Source of the DNA: Fonticula alba ATCC 38817
Lineage: Eukaryota; Protista; Nucleariida
Strand: one strand, 5' to 3'
NCBI GenBank assembly: GCA_000388065.2
Contig: KB932203.1
DNA length: 35,865 nt
How positions within the stretch are numbered: position 1 is the stretch's first letter; each line of letters starts with the position of its first letter. Under the pieces are notes generated by a model. The model saw only the letters and a list, made by a program, of their open reading frames with translations. It was not told the DNA's origin and ran no database searches. The translations under genes and the position numbers were made by a program. Shown here in pieces: positions 1-8,200 of the stretch.

Positions 1-210
1 GGGGGGGGGGGGGGAGGGACGTGGGCCGGACAGACCGGGGCCCGGGGCGCTGGGGCGCGTCCGTCCGCACAGGCTCGCAGAGCCGTTGCCGCGCAAGTGC
101 GAGGGGTGGCCGCCATCTCCCCACCCACCCCTGGGGTCCCCCTGGGACCTCCCCCCTCGGCCGCCCCTCGGGCGCGCGGGGTACGTGTGTCCGCCGGCCT
201 GCACGGGCGC

Positions 211-212
<2 letters not shown>

Positions 213-258
<46 letters not shown>
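213..258. repeat. (GT)23 microsatellite
   Basis: Read directly from the sequence. Confidence 0.95.
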
Positions 259-263
<5 letters not shown>

Positions 264-596
264 GTGGGGAAACACATATGAGTGTTTGCCTCACCCCTCG
301 GGGGGTCGCCGGTGCCGGGGGCTATTTGGGCGGGCGGTCCGGCGGCCCGCGGCGCCCCAAGCCCGGGACAGAGAGAATCTGTTTTTCGATTGCGAGTCCC
401 CTCCCTTCAATAACAGAGACTGGTACTTCCTCCTCCCGCCGCCCCCCCCCCTCCTTCCTGCTCCTGTGCCCACCCCCCTGCCCCTGCCCCTGCTTGCGCT
501 TCTTCGCCTCCCCGACACCCTTGGCATTGCCGTCCCCACACCGCCTAACCTCGCCCCCGCCACACCCCCCCATCAGGCCTCATCATCGTCATCGTC

Positions 597-2235
597 ATGA
601 TCGTCGCCACCCGCCCCCTGCGCTCCCTCTTCCTCACCCTCCTGGCCCTGCTGGCCCTCTTCGGTGCGGCGGCCCGGGCCTTCGAGGCTCGCGACCTCGG
701 CACCGAGGACTTCGAGATCTCGGACGTCTACCAGCATGGTGACATGGACAAGCCCGAGGAGTTCGGCCACCTGGACATCCGCCGGGTGCTGAAGCGCGTG
801 GCCCAGCTCCGCGCCGCCGGCCAGCATGTTCCCCGCGGTGACGCCGAGATCGCCGACCGCATGGACGAGTTCCGCTACTCCGGCCTGCGCAAGGTGTCCC
901 ACCCGACCGCCACCGAGGAGTTCCCCGAGTACTACGTCGACACCATCCTGGACATCGAGCCGGAGGAGGCCAACACCATGTCCCTGCCCAATGTCAAGGA
1001 CAAGGCCACCGTCCTGGAGCTGGCCAAGATGACCAGCAACGCCTACTACAGCTCCTCCGAGTCCAAGGAGTGGTACACCCTGCCGACCTATGGCAAGCCG
1101 GCCATGAGCTTCGGCTGGAGTGGCAACGCCCTGCGCGGGTATGTCTACACCAATGCCAGCAAGTCGGTGGCGGTCATCGACTTCAAGGGCACCTCCCTGT
1201 CCTTCCTCGGCATCGGCGGCCCCACTTCGGCCAATGACAAGATCATCGACAACCGCATGTTCAGCTGCTGCTGCGCCCGCGTGTCCTCCGGCTGGAAGAC
1301 CGTCTGCGACTGCTACCGTGGCAACGGCAGCGACAACAAGTGCAGCAACTCCTGCCTGCGCAGCGCCATGCAGAACGACTCGCTCTCCTACTACAAGGCC
1401 GCCCTCAACATCTACAACCAGGTCCGCTCCAAGTACCCCAAGGCCACGGTCTGGTTCACCGGCCACTCGCTCGGTGGCTCCCTGGCCTCGCTGCTCTCGG
1501 TGAAGACCGGCTACCCGGCCGTCCCGTACCATGCCCCGGGTGAGCTCCTGTATGGCCAGCGCCTGGGCCTGCCCATCAACACCGGCAACATGGGCGCCTA
1601 CAGTGCGTCTCCTCGATGTGTCTTCCTGGTGCCTCTTGCTCCTCTCTCTCTCTCCTTCCTTGTCTGACTCGGCTGTTTCCCCCCCCCCCNNNNNNNNNNN
1701 NNNNNNNNNNNNNNNNNNNNNNNNNNNNNNNNNNNNNNNNNNNNNNNNNNNNNNNNNNNNNNNNNNNNNNNNNNNNNNNNNNNNNNNNNNNNNNNNNNNN
1801 NNNNNNNNNNNNNNNNNNNNNNNNNNNNNNNNNNNNNNNNNNNNNNNNNNNNNNNNNNNNNNNNNNNNNNNNNNNNNNNNNNNNNNNNNNNNNNNNNNNN
1901 NNNNNNNNNNNNNNNNNNNNCCCCCCCGCCCCCTCCCTCCCCCTCCTTCCTTGTGCGCCACTCTCGCAGAGATCTGGCACTTCGGCAGCACCGCCGACCC
2001 CATCTTCCGCGGTACCTGCAAGGGTGCGGCTTCGGCCTGCGCCGTGGCCGGCTACGCCCTGGAGACTGGCTGCCACATTGGTAACGAGTGCATCTACACC
2101 GGTGGCGTGGAGAACGTCAACAACCACCGCATCAGCGTGGTCATCGACAAGTACATTAGCCCCAAGCCCGTGCCCGCCTGCAAGCCTGCCCCGTCCAAGT
2201 GCAACGACTGCAGCCAGTGGACCTGGGTTTCCTAA
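597..2235 (+). CDS. ATG15: Atg15-like vacuolar/lysosomal (phospho)lipase, lipase class 3 fold; 2 exons (597-1602, 1970-2235), 423 aa
   Basis: Nucleophile motif WFTGHSLGGSLASLL. Cys-rich DNRMFSCCCARVS..VCDCY..CSNSCL segment. The phase-1 GTGCGT..CAG intron joins ...NMGAY|KIWHFGSTADPIFRGTC..GYALETGCHIG..NNHRISVVID..CNDCSQWTWV, which matches the Atg15 C-terminal pattern (WHFG..ADPIF.GTC, NHRI) as I recall it. Hydrophobic N-terminus. The intron contains an N-gap, but the exons join in frame without an extra exon. Confidence 0.9.
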
Positions 2236-3111
2236 ATGGCCCGAGGCTGGCCCCGCCCTCCTGTGCCCCGGCCTTCTCCCTTTTCTCCTTCCTCCTCGTG
2301 AGAGGGGGGCGAGGGCGGGGGAGAAGGCCGCGCCGGGGGCAGGCGGGGGATGGGGCAGCGTAAGGGGGCGGGCAGGCGCACGTAGAGGATAGCCATCCGC
2401 CGCGGCGGCATGTCTCCCCTCCTCTCTCTGTGTGTTGGTGCCGGAGTGCGCTTCCGCCCCATGTGCTGCGCCCCTCCCTCCCGCGCGCCTCTCCTTCCCG
2501 TGCGCGGCTGTGCGGAACATATGTCCACGTATATGCACATGCGCGTGTATGTATGTATGTGTGTGTGTGTGTGTGCCACGCGCAAAACCCCCTCCTTTTG
2601 AGACCTGCCATTCGCGCGTGGCCACATGCCGCGCGCACCTGCCTGCGCGCGACGTCGGGTCTCTCCTCTTCCCCTCCCCCTTTTTTCCTGCGCCTCGCGC
2701 GCATGTGTATGCTATGTTCGGCGTCCGGTCCCCCCGATGTGTTGTGTGCGCGTACGGTCGCACACACATGCATGGGGTGCATCTTTTGCGCCCCCCCCCC
2801 CTCTCCCCGGCGCAAGGTGCCAGGGTGGTGGAGGTGGGGCGGAGAGTGTCCGTGGGCGATTGCTCATGCGACACGTCAGTCCCCCTCCTCGTCCCCCCTC
2901 CCCCTCCCTGCCACATGGGTCCCTCCTGTCCCTCCCCGCTCCCTTCTCCGCATGTGTGTCCGCCCACCCACCCATACACACGCGGTGCGCGACATGGCCC
3001 GACACAAATACACTCCTAGTTAGTTGCATCTCCTTTCCTTTCTACTTTCATCCGCGCGCGTACACATATCCTGTGCATGCACACGCCCTTCCTCGGTTCC
3101 CTCGCTCTCCC

Positions 3112-3117
<6 letters not shown>

Positions 3118-3173
<56 letters not shown>

Positions 3174-3204
3174 ATATATATCTCTCTCTCTCTCTCTCGC
3201 TCTC
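3118..3204. repeat. Imperfect (CT)n microsatellite
   Basis: Read directly. Interrupted by CG and a short (AT)n. Confidence 0.9.
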
Positions 3205-3347
3205 TTGCGCTCTCCCCCTCTCCGTGATATGCCCCCCTGTGCTTGCCCGCCCATGGTCACCAGATGTCCCCTCTGCAGGTGGGGGTTTTGTTGCATCCAT
3301 TTCTCGACATGGGGGGGGGGGGTTTGTGTGTAGTTCACGAAGGGCCT

Positions 3348-3815
3348 CTAGGATGAGCATGGCGCCGGCGACTGTGCCTCCTCCGCCGCTGCCAAGTACG
3401 CTTGCAGGAGGATCTCCGCCTCGTGCAGGGCACTGGCCGCTTGGCGTGCCTCGGGCGTTGGCTCGATCGCCGAACCATACTGTGCCAGAACCGCCCGCGA
3501 CTGGTCGTACCGTTCCAGCAGCTGGATGGCCGTCTTCGTGAAGCACAGGGACCGGGAAAGATGTCAGCATGGGAGCAAAAATGGCGGAGCCGGGGAAGGG
3601 GGAATATGCAGGGGGAATATGCAGAGGGAAAGAGAGGGGGAAGAGAAGGAGAGACTTCACGGCCGCACACTCAGCGAACTGTCCCGCACATCGCTCAGGC
3701 CTGTTCCACTGCCGGAGGCGCTAGCCGTCCCGACTGGTTGCATGGCAGTCCCGGCGAGGGATGACAAGAGCTCGGTCCGGAGAGCACGAGTATCAACCCG
3801 AGATGAATGTGACAT
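3348..3815 (-). CDS. Small hypothetical alpha-helical protein, not recoverable from the ORF track; 2 exons (3815-3669, 3533-3348), about 110 aa; 5' end uncertain
   Basis: Minus-strand exon 3533-3348 reads TAIQLLERYDQSRAVLAQYGSAIEPTPEARQAASALHEAEILLQAYLAAAEEAQSPAPCSS* with mostly G/C-ending codons. It is preceded by a pyrimidine-rich 135-nt intron with GTGCGG donor (3668), GCTGAC branch site and AAG acceptor. The upstream exon MSHSSRVDTRALRTELLSSLAG..DSSLS joins in phase 0. Confidence 0.55.
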
Positions 3816-4930
3816 GGGCTTGGCGAGGAGAGGGAGAAGGCCAGCAACAACAATGCCTGCCCAAAGGAGAGCAGAGCGGGAGGACAGGTGGGGAGGGGAA
3901 AAGGGCCGGCGGTCCAGCACTCGGGAGGATGTTTCTCGATTGGATATGCCCGGGGGAAAGGGGGGAGGGGGGGGGGNNNNNNNNNNGGATATGCCCGGGG
4001 GAAAGGGGGGAGGGGGGGGGGGGTTTCCCGGGGGGGTTGGGGCTGCCCCTTGCCTGATGCCCCCCCCCCCCCCCCGCAGGTCCGTTCGCAGCGCTGGTGC
4101 CTGTTCTCACTGTCCCGCTGCCGTCGCGCCGCCGCCAGACGGTGGGGGCTTCTTGTCCTGGCTGAAAGCGATCGCCCGCCGTCCTGCTGGGGCGGAGAAT
4201 GACTTCTGGGAGCACATGACCCTCCGATCACGCGACTCCGGGCCGATCGCTTGCAATCTTCTTCCCATCAGCCGGGGGGCGTTCCACACACATTGCTCGG
4301 AGCGCGTGCGTGTCTGAGTGTGTGTACGTGTACGTGTGTGTGTGGGTGTTTGAATGTTTGTGTGTGTGTGTAGACCGAGGCCGAGGGGCGCCGCATCCAT
4401 CCGGTTCGGGTCGGGAGGGGGGGGGGGGGGNNNNNNNNNNNNNNNNNNNNNNNNNNNNNNNNNNNNNNNNNNNNNNNNNNNNNNNNNNNNNNNNNNNNNN
4501 NNNNNNNNNNNNNNNNNNNNNNNNNNNNNNNNNNNNNNNNNNNNNNNNNNNNNNNNNNNNNNNNNNNNNNNNNNNNNNNNNNNNNNNNNNNNNNNNNNNN
4601 NNNNNNNNNNNNNNNNNNNNNNNNNNNNNNNNNNNNNNNNNNNNNNNNNNNNNNNNNNNNNNNNNNNNNNNNNNNNNNNNNNNNNNNNNNNNNNNNNNNN
4701 NNNNNNNNNNNNNNNNNNNNNNNNNNNNNNNNNNNNNNNNNNNNNNNNNNNNNNNNNNNNNNNNNNNNNNNNNNNNNNNNNNNNNNNNNNNNNNNNNNNN
4801 NNNNNNNNNNNNNNNNNNNNNNNNNNNNNNNNNNNNNNNNNNNNNNNNNNNNNNNNNNNNNNNNNNNNNNNNNNNNNNNNNNNNNNNNNNNNNNNNNNNN
4901 NNNNNNNNNNNNNNNNNNNNNNNNNNNNNN

Positions 4931-4970
<40 letters not shown>

Positions 4971-5226
4971 CCTCCCTCGCCCTCTCTCCCCCCCACAGTG
5001 CTCTGTCTCACGCTTGCTTTCCCCTCCTCGTTCCCTTCCTTTCTCTCTGTCACGCTCTCTTTCTTTCTTTCCCTGGGCCCTCCGGTCGTCCCGCTCCAGG
5101 CTAAGATCGCAGGCTGCTGGTGCACCTGGGAGGTGCCGTCGCCGTTCTCGCGCCCGAACGCGCGTGCATGCCCCCGGTCCCCTTCCCTCCCCCTTCCTGA
5201 AAACCCGCCGACCGGTTTGGCGCATC

Positions 5227-8200
5227 ATGCACGGCATGTCCCTGCCATCGGTGATGCGCTCGCTGCTGCTGCTGTCGCTGCTGCTTGCCTGCGGCGGTTC
5301 AGCCTCCCGAGCCGGGGCCTTTAATGTCCCAGACTCGGCCGATGGCCCATACATGGCTGCCCTGCGCGCGGCTCTGCCGGCTCATCTCAGCCACCACCTG
5401 GGCCCCGTGGCCGATGTGCCCGAGCGTGAGCCCACCTCCCCGGACCGATCGGTCGTCCACACGCCTGGGCACTCGCACTGTGCGTCCGTGCTTCTTCGCT
5501 GGGCGCCTGCCGATTTTCGGCAGCTGTCCCCATTTGCCCGCTTCGGCCACCTCCGCCGGCGCTGACTCTTTGCCTGGTCCCTTGTCCATATCTTTCTTGG
5601 CCGTCCAAATGGCCAGACTGCACGGCCGTCCCCCAGTCGGTGGTCGTGCCGGATCGGTCCATCGGCTTCCTGTGCGATGGTTCCTCCACTTACGGCAACA
5701 ATGCCCGGTGTGACTGGGCCATTTCGGCCGAGCAGCAGGCCCCCCCCACGCAGCCTCCCCATGTTGTGTTCTTCTGGATCGAGTCCTTCGAGACCGAGTG
5801 TCTGTGCGTGGCCCCCTACGGCCCTGTCTCCCGGCGGGGNNNNNNNNNNNNNNNNNNNNNNNNNNNNNNNNNNNNNNNNNNNNNNNNNNNNNNNNNNNNN
5901 NNNNNNNNNNNNNNNNNNNNNNNNNNNNNNNNNNNNNNNNNNNNNNNNNNNNNNNNNNNNNNNNNNNNNNNNNNNNNNNNNNNNNNNNNNNNNNNNNNNN
6001 NNNNNNNNNNNNNNNNNNNNNNNNNNNNNNNNNNNNNNNNNNNNNNNNNNNNNNNNNNNNNNNNNNNNNNNNNNNNNNNNNNNNNNNNNNNNNNNNNNNN
6101 NNNNNNNNNNNNNNNNNNNNNNNNNNNNNNNNNNNNNNNNNNNNNNNNNNNNNNNNNNNNNNNNNNNNNNNNNNNNNNNNNNNNNNNNNNNNNNNNNNNN
6201 NNNCCCCCCGGTCCTTGTCCCCTGTCTTCCAGCGCGGCCGATTCACTGACACGATGTGCCCACACAGGTGGGATAAGCTCACCATCTTTGACGGGGCCAC
6301 CGTCACCTCGCGCAAGATCGCCTCCCTCTCGGGCTCCATGAAGCATTTCTACTCGGACTTCCCGCCGTCCGAATCACTGGGCTCCGATCCCCAGCCCCCC
6401 CCTCCGGCCCGAGAAGCGACCACGCACCGAGCCATCATGTCTTCGGGGGCCAACGCCCGTGTCCTCTTCAAATCCGACTCGGCCGTCGCTCTGGAGGGCT
6501 TCCGCTTGGGCTTTTCCGTCGGTATGTGTCTTCCTTTACCCATTCCCCCCCCCCACTCCCCCCCCGCTTCTCTGCGCTACTCTTTGTCCTCCCCGGGCNN
6601 NNNNNNNNCCGCTTCTCTGCGCTACTCTTTGTCCTCCCCGGGCAAGGAGGGTGTGTGCACACCCCCCGCGCCTTGCACCGCACGTCGTTTGCCTTTGCTT
6701 CTCTCTCTCTCTCCCTCCCTCCCTCTCTCCCTCCCTCTCTCCCTCTCCCCACCACAGTGCTCTGTCTCACGCATGCTCTTGGTCGCCCATGCAGCCACCT
6801 GTCCTGCCGAGTGCATGATCGACAACCGCTGTGTCCCGGACTCCTGCCAGTGCTCGATCGCCTACAAGCCTGACCAACTGGACATGGTGTCCGACATCCT
6901 GTGCACGCGGGGTACGTGCCCGTGCCGTGTCCCGCGTTTCCCCCTCTGCCGCCAGCTGGCCCGCCCGCCTCTGTCCTCTGACCATCCCATGGTGCCATGC
7001 TCGCCAGCCCCGGAGCATTCCTTCAGCCCGGATGTGGCCCTCCGCCGCGCCGGACATGTCTCCGCGCTGTTGAACCTCCCCTCGCTCCCCGGCGCCCCAG
7101 CCGAGCAGGCTCTCCTGGTCCATGGGGGGACCTCCTTCGACTCGCCCTTCCTTTCGGACACGGTGATCTATTCTTTCAGTGCGCATCCCCCCCCCCTCCT
7201 CCCACCTCGGGCCTCCTCTACGCGCTCGCCTTCGCCTCCCATTGCTGACTGCCCCTTGCCTGATGCCGCCACCCCCTGGACGCCCTTGGCCCCCGGCAGG
7301 CAGCGAGCGCTGGACACCGGTCCTTTCGCCCTCACATGGCCATCCGGTCCTGTCGCCCTCGGGCCGGCACAGCCATGCGCTGGCCGTGGCCGACCCCAGC
7401 CAGGGGGTGCTCTTTGTCTTTGGCGGGTATACATCCAACGGCGAGAGCGACGAGCTGTGGATCTTCAATTTCGGTGTGTCTCCGTCTTTGCGCATGAATG
7501 CCCCCCCCCCCCTCTGCCGCCCCCCCCCTCATCACTGACGAATGTCCCGGCCACGCACTCGAGGCACTCTCACCTGGCGGCAAGTGCAACGCGGGCCCCA
7601 TACATCCGACTGGCCGCCTCCCCTGTTTGGCCATTCGCTGTCCTTCGTGCCTGCGTCCTCGGGCGACGGCCCCGGCCACCTGTACCTGATTGGCGGGTTT
7701 GATGGGCGCGCCAAGCGCATCAACTCGGTTGTTTGGCGCTTCAGCCTGGGTGCGCATGCCCTCTGCCCGGCCCCACCTCGGTGTCCCGGGGCTCTGGCCC
7801 CATCATCCTTGCGTGCTTCTCTGACATTCGTCCCCATTTCCCGCTGCAAGACACTCGAACGTGGGAGCGCGTTGGTCTGGCGGCCCCGGAAAGCCTGACG
7901 GCCGGGGTGTTTGGCCATGCGGCGGCCTTTGTCCCAGCCCATGGGTCGATCGTCGTGCATGGCGGCATTCGTCTGGCTCGCGGGGCCGGGGGCGGGACCA
8001 TCCACACGAGCACCATTTCCCGGGACACCTATGTCTTCTCGCCGGTGACCCACCAGTGGACGCGCATGATAACCCGGGACTCGGCCTACCGGTTCATGCA
8101 CCGGATGGCTTTGGTGCCGGATTTGTCGCTGCCCATCCCGATTGCCCCTCCGTCGCCGCTGGATGGTGGGACCTCTTCCGGCGGGGCTGCCTCGGCGATG

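Noticed and set aside
1-14. Poly-G/poly-C runs at the window ends and gap edges as G-quadruplex elements
   Set aside because: Their lengths are unreliable because they coincide with sequencing and assembly breaks.
573-2021. Long antisense ORFs (573-2021 -, 9642-11207 -, 12410-14482 +, 24287-25201 -, 28357-29508 -, 33506-34573 -)
   Set aside because: They are shadows of real genes. High GC3 removes stop codons from the opposite strand and shifted frames, and no family motifs are visible.
3940-4025. Direct repeat GGATATGCCCGGGGGAAAGGGGG.. on both sides of a 10-N gap; the same pattern at 6563-6644
   Set aside because: Identical sequence either side of a nominal 10-N gap is the signature of overlapping contig ends, not a biological duplication or target-site duplication.
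4994-5000. CACAGTG heptamer (RAG RSS / Transib terminus-like) in both copies of the 21-nt repeat
   Set aside because: There is no nonamer at 12 or 23 nt, the copies are direct rather than inverted, and no transposase is nearby.
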